Of a stretch of DNA of 64,000 bases, positions 52,500-64,000 are shown piece after piece. The notes beneath the pieces are model-generated. The model was given only the letters and a program-made list of their open reading frames with translations. It ran no database searches and was not told where the DNA came from. Location: contig OZ059899.1 in the NCBI GenBank assembly GCA_964057225.1, positions 20,770,001-20,834,000 on the forward strand, read 5' to 3'. The first letter of the stretch is position 1, and each line of letters starts with the position of its first letter. The position numbers and the translations under genes were made by a program. The stretch is from Auanema rhodensis (taxonomy: Eukaryota > Animalia > Nematoda).

Positions 52500-55400
52500 T
52501 CCAAAAACATTTTGACAAAAATTTTTCCGAAAAATTTCAAAATAATTTCGCGAAAAGTAGATGTTTTTAGATTCCTTTTTTCAAGGCAAAGACGATGGAC
52601 AATGTTATTCAACGAAAAAATTATTTCTGCAGGGTGAAAATCGAGGATATAAGTGTGAACTTATATCAGTTGATATCTCGGTGCATTTTTAAGCTAGCGC
52701 AAATCTGATAACACAGATCGACGCAGCTTAAAAATCCGCATCGAATGCACTATACAACATTGAGAAACGCTCAATACAAAAATTAGTTATGATCGTTTGA
52801 AAAATGATGCATTAGTGTATGTTGAGTTTCCATGTACACTCAACATTGCTTCCAAAAACATTTTGATAAAAATTTTTCCGAAAAATTTCAAAATAATTTC
52901 GCGAAAAGTAGATGTTTTTAGATTCCTTTTTTCAAGGCAAAGACGATGGACAATGTTATTCAACGAAAAAATTAATTCTCCAGGGTGAAAATCGAGGATA
53001 TAAGTGTGAACTTATATCAGTTGATATCTCGGTGCATTTTTAAGCTAGCGCAAATCTGATAACACAGATCGACGCAGCTTAAAAATCCGCATCGAATGCA
53101 CTATACAACATTGAGAAACGCTTAATACAAAAATTAGTTATGATTGTTTGAAAAATGATGCATTAGTGTATGTTGAGTTTCCATGTACACTCAACATAGC
53201 TTCCAAAAACATTTTGACAAAAATTTTTCCGAAAAATTTCGAAATAAATTTGCAAAAAGTAGATGTTTTTAGATTCCTTTTTCCAAGGCAAAGACGATGG
53301 ACAATGTTATTCAACGAAAAAATTAATTCTGCAGGGTGAAAATCGAGGATATAAGTGTGAACTTATATCAGTTGATATCTCGGTGCATTTTTAAGCTAGC
53401 GCAAATCTGATAACACAGATCGACGCAGCTTAAAAATCCGCATCGAATGCACTATACTACATTGAGAAACGCTTGATACAAAAATTAGTTATGATCGTTT
53501 AAAAATTATGCATTAGTGTATGTTGAGTTTCCATGTACACTCAACATTGCTTCCAAAAACATTTTGACAAAAATTTTTCCGAAAAATTTCAAAATAATTT
53601 CGCGAAAAGTAGATGTTTTTAGATTCCTTTTTTCAAGGCAAAGACGATGGACAATGTTATTCAACGAAAAAATTATTTCTGCAGGGTGAAAATCGAGGAT
53701 ATAAGTGTGAACTTATATCAGTTGATATCTCGGTGCATTTTTAAGCTAGCGCAAATCTGATAACACAGATCGACGCAGCTTAAAAATCCGCATCGAATGC
53801 ACTATACAACATTGAGAAACGCTCAATACAAAAATTAGTTATGATCGTTTGAAAAATGATGCATTAGTGTATGTTGAGTTTCCATGTACACTCAACATTG
53901 CTTCCAAAAACATTTTGATAAAAATTTTTCCGAAAAATTTCAAAATAATTTCGCGAAAAGTAGATGTTTTTAGATTCCTTTTTTCAAGGCAAAGACGATG
54001 GACAATGTTATTCAACGAAAAAATTAATTCTCCAGGGTGAAAATCGAGGATATAAGTGTGAACTTATATCAGTTGATATCTCGGTGCATTTTTAAGCTAG
54101 CGCAAATCTGATAACACAGATCGACGCAGCTTAAAAATCCGCATCGAATGCACTATACAACATTGAGAAACGCTTAATACAAAAATTAGTTATGATTGTT
54201 TGAAAAATGATGCATTAGTGTATGTTGAGTTTCCATGTACACTCAACATAGCTTCCAAAAACATTTTGACAAAAATTTTTCCGAAAAATTTCGAAATAAA
54301 TTTGCAAAAAGTAGATGTTTTTAGATTCCTTTTTCCAAGGCAAAGACGATGGACAATGTTATTCAACGAAAAAATTAATTCTGCAGGGTGAAAATCGAGG
54401 ATATAAGTGTGAACTTATATCAGTTGATATCTCGGTGCATTTTTAAGCTAGCGCAAATCTGATAACACAGATCGACGCAGCTTAAAAATCCGCATCGAAT
54501 GCACTATACTACATTGAGAAACGCTTGATACAAAAATTAGTTATGATCGTTTAAAAATTATGCATTAGTGTATGTTGAGTTTCCATGTACACTCAACATT
54601 GCTTCCAAAAACATTTTGACAAAAATTTTTCCGAAAAATTTCAAAATAATTTCGCGAAAAGTAGATGTTTTTAGATTCCTTTTTTCAAGGCAAAGACGAT
54701 GGACAATGTTATTCAACGAAAAAATTATTTCTGCAGGGTGAAAATCGAGGATATAAGTGTGAACTTATATCAGTTGATATCTCGGTGCATTTTTAAGCTA
54801 GCGCAAATCTGATAACACAGATCGACGCAGCTTAAAAATCCGCATCGAATGCACTATACAACATTGAGAAACGCTCAATACAAAAATTAGTTATGATCGT
54901 TTGAAAAATGATGCATTAGTGTATGTTGAGTTTCCATGTACACTCAACATTGCTTCCAAAAACATTTTGATAAAAATTTTTCCGAAAAATTTCAAAATAA
55001 TTTCGCGAAAAGTAGATGTTTTTAGATTCCTTTTTTCAAGGCAAAGACGATGGACAATGTTATTCAACGAAAAAATTAATTCTCCAGGGTGAAAATCGAG
55101 GATATAAGTGTGAACTTATATCAGTTGATATCTCGGTGCATTTTTAAGCTAGCGCAAATCTGATAACACAGATCGACGCAGCTTAAAAATCCGCATCGAA
55201 TGCACTATACTACATTGAGAAACGCTTGATACAAAAATTAGTTATGATCGTTTAAAAATTATGCATTAGTGTATGTTGAGTTTCCATGTACACTCAACAT
55301 TGCTTCCAAAAACATTTTGACAAAAATTTTTCCGAAAAATTTCAAAATAATTTCGCGAAAAGTAGATGTTTTTAGATTCCTTTTTTCAAGGCAAAGACGA

Positions 55401-55900
55401 TGGACAATGTTATTCAACGAAAAAATTATTTCTGCAGGGTGAAAATCGAGGATATAAGTGTGAACTTATATCAGTTGATATCTCGGTGCATTTTTAAGCT
55501 AGCGCAAATCTGATAACACAGATCGACGCAGCTTAAAAATCCGCATCGAATGCACTATACAACATTGAGAAACGCTCAATACAAAAATTAGTTATGATCG
55601 TTTGAAAAATGATGCATTAGTGTATGTTGAGTTTCCATGTACACTCAACATTGCTTCCAAAAACATTTTGATAAAAATTTTTCCGAAAAATTTCAAAATA
55701 ATTTCGCGAAAAGTAGATGTTTTTAGATTCCTTTTTTCAAGGCAAAGACGATGGACAATGTTATTCAACGAAAAAATTAATTCTCCAGGGTGAAAATCGA
55801 GGATATAAGTGTGAACTTATATCAGTTGATATCTCGGTGCATTTTTAAGCTAGCGCAAATCTGATAACACAGATCGACGCAGCTTAAAAATCCGCATCGA
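52500..55900 (-). repeat. 3-monomer higher-order repeat (1052 bp, containing a 350-bp monomer), about 3 copies, the last lacking one monomer
   Basis: 52797/53849/54901 are offset by 1052, then 701 to 55602. The variant cgtttaaaaattatgc occurs at about 53497, 54548 and 55249. Confidence 0.85.
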
Positions 55901-58900
55901 ATGCACTATACAACATTGAGAAACGCTTAATACAAAAATTAGTTATGATCGTTTGAAAAATGATGCATTAGTGTATGTTGAGTTTCCATGTACACTCAAC
56001 ATAGCTTCCAAAAACATTTTGACAAAAATTTTTCCGAAAAATTTCGAAATAAATTTGCAAAAAGTAGATGTTTTTAGATTCCTTTTTCCAAGGCAAAGAC
56101 GATGGACAATGTTATTCAACGAAAAAATTAATTCTGCAGGGTGAAAATCGAGGATATAAGTGTGAACTTATATCAGTTGATATCTCGGTGCATTTTTAAG
56201 CTAGCGCAAATCTGATAACACAGATCGACGCAGCTTAAAAATCCGCATCGAATGCACTATACAACATTGAGAAACGCTCAATACAAAAATTAGTTATGAT
56301 CGTTTGAAAAATGATGCATTAGTGTATGTTGAGTTTCCATGTACACTCAACATTGCTTCCAAAAACATTTTGATAAAAATTTTTCCGAAAAATTTCAAAA
56401 TAATTTCGCGAAAAGTAGATGTTTTTAGATTCCTTTTTTCAAGGCAAAGACGATGGACAATGTTATTCAACGAAAAAATTAATTCTCCAGGGTGAAAATC
56501 GAGGATATAAGTGTGAACTTATATCAGTTGATATCTCGGTGCATTTTTAAGCTAGCGCAAATCTGATAACACAGATCGACGCAGCTTAAAAATCCGCATC
56601 GAATGCACTATACAACATTGAGAAACGCTTAATACAAAAATTAGTTATGATCGTTTGAAAAATGATGCATTAGTGTATGTTGAGTTTCCATGTACACTCA
56701 ACATAGCTTCCAAAAACATTTTGACAAAAATTTTTCCGAAAAATTTCGAAATAAATTTGCAAAAAGTAGATGTTTTTAGATTCCTTTTTCCAAGGCAAAG
56801 ACGATGGACAATGTTATTCAACGAAAAAATTAATTCTGCAGGGTGAAAATCGAGGATATAAGTGTGAACTTATATCAGTTGATATCTCGGTGCATTTTTA
56901 AGCTAGCGCAAATCTGATAACACAGATCGACGCAGCTTAAAAATCCGCATCGAATGCACTATACTACATTGAGAAACGCTTGATACAAAAATTAGTCATG
57001 ATCGTTTGAAAAATGATGCATTAGTGTATGTTGAGTTTCCATGTACACTCAACATTGCTTCCAAAAACATTTTGACAAAAATTTTTCCGAAAAATTTCAA
57101 AACAATTTCGCGAAAAGTAGATGTTTTTAGATTCCTTTTTTCAAGGCAAAGACGATGGACAATGTTATTCAACGAAAAAATTATTTCTGCAGGGTGAAAA
57201 TCGAGGATATAAGTGTGAACTTATATCAGTTGATATCTCGGTGCATTTTTAAGCTAGCGCAAATCTGATAACACAGATCGACGCAGCTTAAAAATCCGCA
57301 TCGAATGCACTATACTACATTGAGAAACGCTTGATACAAAAATTAGGTATGATCGTTTGAAAAATGATGCATTAATGTATGTTGAGTTTCCATGTACACT
57401 CAACATTGCTTCCAAAAACATTTTGACAAAAATTTTTCCGAAAAATTTCGAAAAAATTTCGCGAAAAGTAGATGTTTTTAGGTTCCTTTTTTCAAGGCAA
57501 AGACGATGGACAATGTTATTCAACGAAAAAATTATTTCTGCAGGGTGAAAATCGAGGATATAAGTGTGAACTTATATCAGTTGATATCTCGGTGCATTTT
57601 TAAGCTAGCGCAAATCTGATAACACAGATCGACGCAGCTTAAAAATCCGCATCAAATGCACTATACTACATTGAGAAACGCTTGATACAAAAATTAGTCA
57701 TGATCGTTTGAAAAATGATGCATTAGTGTATGTTGAGTTTCCATGTACACTCAACATTGCTTCCAAAAACATTTTGACAAAAATTTTTCCGAAAAATTTC
57801 AAAATAATTTCGCGAAAAGTAGATGTTTTTAGATTCCTTTTTTCAAGGCAAAGACGATGGACAATGTTATTCAACGAAAAAATTATTTCTGCAGGGTGAA
57901 AATCGAGGATATAAGTGTGAACTTATATCAGTTGATATCTCGGTGCATTTTTAAGCTAGCGCAAATCTGATAATACAGATCGACGCAGCTTAAAAATCCG
58001 CATCGAATGCACTATACAACATTGAGAAACGCTTAATACAAAAATTAGTTATGATCGTTTGAAAAATGATGCATTAGTGTATGTTGAGTTTCCATGTACA
58101 CTCAACATTGCTTCCAAAAACATTTTGACAAAAATTTTTCCGAAAAATTTCAAAATAATTTCGCGAAAAGTAGATGTTTTTAGATTCCTTTTTTCAAGGC
58201 AAAGACGATGGACAATGTTATTCAACGAAAAAATTATTTCTGCAGGGTGAAAATCGAGGATATAAGTGTGAACTTATATCAGTTGATATCTCGGTGCATT
58301 TTTAAGCTAGCGCAAATCTGATAATACAGATCGACGCAGCTTAAAAATCCGCATCGAATGCACTATACAACATTGAGAAACGCTTAATACAAAAATTAGT
58401 TATGATCGTTTGAAAAATGATGCATTAGTGTATGTTGAGTTTCCATGTACACTCAACATTGCTTCCAAAAACATTTTGACAAAAATTTTTCCGAAAAATT
58501 TCAAAATAATTTCGCGAAAAGTAGATGTTTTTAGATTCCTTTTTTCAAGGCAAAGACGATGGACAATGTTATTCAACGAAAAAATTATTTCTGCAGGGTG
58601 AAAATCGAGGATATAAGTGTGAACTTATATCAGTTGATATCTCGGTGCATTTTTAAGCTAGCGCAAATCTGATAATACAGATCGACGCAGCTTAAAAATC
58701 CGCATCGAATGCACTATACAACATTGAGAAACGCTTGATACAAAAATTAGTTATGATCGTTTGAAAAATGATGCATTAGTGTATGTTGAGTTTCCATGTA
58801 CACTCAACATTGCTTCCAAAAACATTTTGACAAAAATTTTTCCGAAAAATTTCAAAATAATTTCGCGAAAAGTAGATGTTTTTAGATTCCTTTTTTCAAG

Positions 58901-59999
58901 GCAAAGACGATGGACAATGTTATTCAACGAAAAAATTATTTCTGCAGGGTGAAAATCGAGGATATAAGTGTGAACTTATATCAGTTGATATCTCGGTGCA
59001 TTTTTAAGCTAGCGCAAATCTGATAACACAGATCGACGCAGCTTGAAAATCCGCATCAAATGCACTATACAACATTGAGAAACGCTTAATACAAAAATTA
59101 GTTATGATCGTTTGAAAAATGATGCATTAGTGTATGTTGAGTTTCCATGTACACTCAACATTGCTTCCAAAAACATTTTGATAAAAATTTTTCCGAAAAA
59201 TTTCAAAATAATTTCGCGAAAAGTAGATGTTTTTAGATTCCTTTTTTCAAGGCAAAGACGATGGACAATGTTATTCAACGAAAAAATTAATTCTCCAGGG
59301 TGAAAATCGAGGATATAAGTGTGAACTTATATCAGTTGATATCTCGGTGCATTTTTAAGCTAGCGCAAATCTGATAACACAGATCGACGCAGCTTAAAAA
59401 TCCGCATCGAATGCACTATACAACATTGAGAAACGCTTAATACAAAAATTAGTTATGATCGTTTGAAAAATGATGCATTAGTGTATGTTGAGTTTCCATG
59501 TACACTCAACATAGCTTCCAAAAACATTTTGACAAAAATTTTTCCGAAAAATTTCGAAATAAATTTGCAAAAAGTAGATGTTTTTAGATTCCTTTTTCCA
59601 AGGCAAAGACGATGGACAATGTTATTCAACGAAAAAATTAATTCTGCAGGGTGAAAATCGAGGATATAAGTGTGAACTTATATCAGTTGATATCTCGGTG
59701 CATTTTTAAGCTAGCGCAAATCTGATAACACAGATCGACGCAGCTTAAAAATCCGCATCGAATGCACTATACTACATTGAGAAACGCTTGATACAAAAAT
59801 TAGTCATGATCGTTTGAAAAATGATGCATTAGTGTATGTTGAGTTTCCATGTACACTCAACATTGCTTCCAAAAACATTTTGACAAAAATTTTTCCGAAA
59901 AATTTCAAAATAATTTCGCGAAAAGTAGATGTTTTTAGATTCCTTTTTTCAAGCCAAAGACGATGGACAATGTTATTCAACGAAAAAATTATTTCTGCA

Positions 60000-62900
60000 G
60001 GGTGAAAATCGAGGATATAAGTGTGAACTTATATCAGTTGATATCTCGGTGCATTTTTAAGCTAGCGCAAATCTGATAACACAGATCGACGCAGCTTAAA
60101 AATCCGCATCGAATGCACTATACAACATTGAGAAACGCTTAATACAAAAATTAGTTATGATCGTTTGAAAAATGATGCATTAGTGTATGTTGAGTTTCCA
60201 TGTACACTCAACATAGCTTCCAAAAACATTTTGACAAAAATTTTTCCGAAAAATTTCGAAATAAATTTGCAAAAAGTAGATGTTTTTAGATTCCTTTTTC
60301 CAAGGCAAAGACGATGGACAATGTTATTCAACGAAAAAATTAATTCTGCAGGGTGAAAATCGAGGATATAAGTGTGAACTTATATCAGTTGATATCTCGG
60401 TGCATTTTTAAGCTAGCGCAAATCTGATAACACAGATCGACGCAGCTTAAAAATCCGCATCGAATGCACTATACTACATTGAGAAACGCTTGATACAAAA
60501 ATTAGTCATGATCGTTTGAAAAATGATGCATTAGTGTATGTTGAGTTTCCATGTACACTCAACATTGCTTCCAAAAACATTTTGACAAAAATTTTTCCGA
60601 AAAATTTCAAAATAATTTCGCGAAAAGTAGATGTTTTTAGATTCCTTTTTTCAAGGCAAAGACGATGGACAATGTTATTCAACGAAAAAATTATTTCTGC
60701 AGGGTGAAAATCGAGGATATAAGTGTGAACTTATATCAGTTGATATCTCGGTGCATTTTTAAGCTAGCGCAAATCTGATAACACAGATCGACGCAGCTTA
60801 AAAATCCGCATCGAATGCACTATACTACATTGAGAAACGCTTGATACAAAAATTAGGTATGATCGTTTGAAAAATGATGCATTAATGTATGTTGAGTTTC
60901 CATGTACACTCAACATTGCTTCCAAAAACATTTTGACAAAAATTTTTCCGAAAAATTTCGAAAAAATTTCGCGAAAAGTAGATGTTTTTAGGTTCCTTTT
61001 TTCAAGGCAAAGACGATGGACAATGTTATTCAACGAAAAAATTATTTCTGCAGGGTGAAAATCGAGGATATAAGTGTGAACTTATATCAGTTGATATCTC
61101 GGTGCATTTTTAAGCTAGCGCAAATCTGATAACACAGATCGACGCAGCTTAAAAATCCGCATCGAATGCACTATACAACATTGAGAAACGCTCAATACAA
61201 AAATTAGTTATGATCGTTTGAAAAATGATGCATTAGTGTATGTTGAGTTTCCATGTACACTCAACATTGCTTCCAAAAACATTTTGATAAAAATTTTTCC
61301 GAAAAATTTCAAAATAATTTCGCGAAAAGTAGATGTTTTTAGATTCCTTTTTTCAAGGCAAAGACGATGGACAATGTTATTCAACGAAAAAATTAATTCT
61401 GCAGGGTGAAAATCGAGGATATAAGTGTGAACTTATATCAGTTGATATCTCGGTGCATTTTTAAGCTAGCGCAAATCTGATAACACAGATCGACGCAGCT
61501 TAAAAATCCGCATCGAATGCACTATACAACATTGAGAAACGCTTAATACAAAAATTAGTTATGATCGTTTGAAAAATGATGCATTAGTGTATGTTGAGTT
61601 TCCATGTACACTCAACATTGCTTCCAAAAACATTTTGACAAAAATTTTTCCGAAAAATTTCAAAATAATTTCGCGAAAAGTAGATGTTTTTAGATTCCTT
61701 TTTTCAAGGCAAAGACGATGGACAATGTTATTCAACGAAAAAATTATTTCTGCAGGGTGAAAATCGAGGATATAAGTGTGAACTTATATCAGTTGATATC
61801 TCGGTGCATTTTTAAGCTAGCGCAAATCTGATAACACAGATCGACGCAGCTTGAAAATCCGCATCAAATGCACTATACAACATTGAGAAACGCTTAATAC
61901 AAAAATTAGTTATGATCGTTTGAAAAATGATGCATTAGTGTATGTTGAGTTTCCATGTACACTCAACATTGCTTCCAAAAACATTTTGACAAAAATTTTT
62001 CCGAAAAATTTCGAAAAAATTTCGCGAAAAGTAGATGTTTTTAGGTTCCTTTTTTCAAGGCAAAGACGATGGACAATGTTATTCAACGAAAAAATTATTT
62101 CTGCAGGGTGAAAATCGAGGATATAAGTGTGAACTTATATCAGTTGATATCTCGGTGCATTTTTAAGCTAGCGCAAATCTGATAACACAGATCGACGCAG
62201 CTTAAAAATCCGCATCGAATGCACTATACAACATTGAGAAACGCTTAATACAAAAATTAGTTATGATCGTTTGAAAAATGATGCATTAGTGTATGTTGAG
62301 TTTCCATGTACACTCAACATAGCTTCCAAAAACATTTTGACAAAAATTTTTCCGAAAAATTTCGAAATAAATTTGCAAAAAGTAGATGTTTTTAGATTCC
62401 TTTTTCCAAGGCAAAGACGATGGACAATGTTATTCAACGAAAAAATTAATTCTGCAGGGTGAAAATCGAGGATATAAGTGTGAACTTATATCAGTTGATA
62501 TCTCGGTGCATTTTTAAGCTAGCGCAAATCTGATAACACAGATCGACGCAGCTTAAAAATCCGCATCGAATGCACTATACTACATTGAGAAACGCTTGAT
62601 ACAAAAATTAGTCATGATCGTTTGAAAAATGATGCATTAGTGTATGTTGAGTTTCCATGTACACTCAACATTGCTTCCAAAAACATTTTGACAAAAATTT
62701 TTCCGAAAAATTTCAAAATAATTTCGCGAAAAGTAGATGTTTTTAGATTCCTTTTTTCAAGGCAAAGACGATGGACAATGTTATTCAACGAAAAAATTAT
62801 TTCTGCAGGGTGAAAATCGAGGATATAAGTGTGAACTTATATCAGTTGATATCTCGGTGCATTTTTAAGCTAGCGCAAATCTGATAACACAGATCGACGC

Positions 62901-64000
62901 AGCTTAAAAATCCGCATCGAATGCACTATACTACATTGAGAAACGCTTGATACAAAAATTAGGTATGATCGTTTGAAAAATGATGCATTAATGTATGTTG
63001 AGTTTCCATGTACACTCAACATTGCTTCCAAAAACATTTTGACAAAAATTTTTCCGAAAAATTTCGAAAAAATTTCGCGAAAAGTAGATGTTTTTAGGTT
63101 CCTTTTTTCAAGGCAAAGACGATGGACAATGTTATTCAACGAAAAAATTATTTCTGCAGGGTGAAAATCGAGGATATAAGTGTGAACTTATATCAGTTGA
63201 TATCTCGGTGCATTTTTAAGCTAGCGCAAATCTGATAACACAGATCGACGCAGCTTAAAAATCCGCATCGAATGCACTATACAACATTGAGAAACGCTCA
63301 ATACAAAAATTAGTTATGATCGTTTGAAAAATGATGCATTAGTGTATGTTGAGTTTCCATGTACACTCAACATTGCTTCCAAAAACATTTTGATAAAAAT
63401 TTTTCCGAAAAATTTCAAAATAATTTCGCGAAAAGTAGATGTTTTTAGATTCCTTTTTTCAAGGCAAAGACGATGGACAATGTTATTCAACGAAAAAATT
63501 AATTCTGCAGGGTGAAAATCGAGGATATAAGTGTGAACTTATATCAGTTGATATCTCGGTGCATTTTTAAGCTAGCGCAAATCTGATAACACAGATCGAC
63601 GCAGCTTAAAAATCCGCATCGAATGCACTATACAACATTGAGAAACGCTTAATACAAAAATTAGTTATGATCGTTTGAAAAATGATGCATTAGTGTATGT
63701 TGAGTTTCCATGTACACTCAACATTGCTTCCAAAAACATTTTGACAAAAATTTTTCCGAAAAATTTCAAAATAATTTCGCGAAAAGTAGATGTTTTTAGA
63801 TTCCTTTTTTCAAGGCAAAGACGATGGACAATGTTATTCAACGAAAAAATTATTTCTGCAGGGTGAAAATCGAGGATATAAGTGTGAACTTATATCAGTT
63901 GATATCTCGGTGCATTTTTAAGCTAGCGCAAATCTGATAACACAGATCGACGCAGCTTGAGAATCCGCATCAAATGCACTATACAACATTGAGAAACGCT
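60000..64000 (-). repeat. 6-monomer higher-order repeat (2106 bp), about 1.9 copies
   Basis: ORF variants 60165/62271, 60516/62622, 60867/62973, 61218/63324 and 61569/63675 are all offset by 2106 = 6x351. Confidence 0.85.

Larger units (their letters stand above)
32664..64000 (-). repeat. 351-bp tandem satellite array, right arm, inverted relative to the left arm, about 89 monomers; runs off the window end
   Basis: tataagtgtgaacttatatcagttgatatctcgg is the reverse complement of the left-arm monomer. The 63-aa pseudo-ORF switches from the - to the + strand and recurs every 351 bp (349 or 350 bp in deletion variants). Confidence 0.98.

Noticed and set aside
168-63866. Repeated 62-89 aa ORFs (MKNDALVYVEFPC..., MIFSLNN..., MNNIVHRL...) as a tandem gene family or diversified peptide system
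   Set aside because: They are frames of the 351-bp monomer, mostly starting at TTG, and overlap on both strands. They are freely broken by stops and frameshifts (e.g. cctaaaac at about 34621, the 349-bp variant), are rich in K/F/I/N from A/T tracts, show no evident synonymous bias, and resemble no protein family I recognise.
1-64000. CRISPR array or repeat-spacer system
   Set aside because: There are no unique spacers, the whole unit is repeated, and no cas genes are present. The variable blocks in the 182-mer have only 2-3 recurring alleles.
1-64000. Tandem 5S rRNA, tRNA, snRNA or spliced-leader gene array; telomeric repeats; CENP-B box
   Set aside because: I recognised no such conserved sequences or Pol III A/B/C boxes, no short telomeric repeat runs and no convincing CENP-B box. 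An Rfam/Infernal scan would be the decisive test.
1-64000. Assignment to a named satellite family or species
   Set aside because: Monomer sizes and AT content resemble many insect, other invertebrate and plant satellites, but I cannot match the sequence with confidence. BLAST, Dfam or Repbase searches are needed.

Overview
The window is entirely non-coding, AT-rich tandem satellite DNA of the eukaryotic heterochromatin/(peri)centromere type. I cannot identify the organism or the named repeat families from sequence alone. There are no credible genes, RNAs, CRISPR arrays or transposons, and every ORF in the track is a by-product of one 351-bp monomer. Layout: (1) 351-bp satellite, T-rich strand on +, 1-20156, about 57 monomers, about 32% GC by hand count of one monomer; (2) a different 182-bp satellite, same polarity, 20157-31614, about 63 monomers, about 27% GC; (3) an abrupt fold-back inversion at 31614/31615 followed by about 6 reversed 182-bp monomers to about 32660; (4) the 351-bp satellite in the opposite orientation, 32664-64000, about 89 monomers. 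The window is therefore a giant asymmetric inverted structure (351> 182> | <182 <351) with three junctions resolvable to within a few bases and no intervening unique DNA. Both arrays contain many short, local higher-order repeats. The most interesting signals are the inversion architecture, apparent collinear homology between the two satellite families, a monomer densely packed with dyad symmetries, and a right-arm haplotype tract embedded in the left arm. I found no evidence of a novel protein-coding system.
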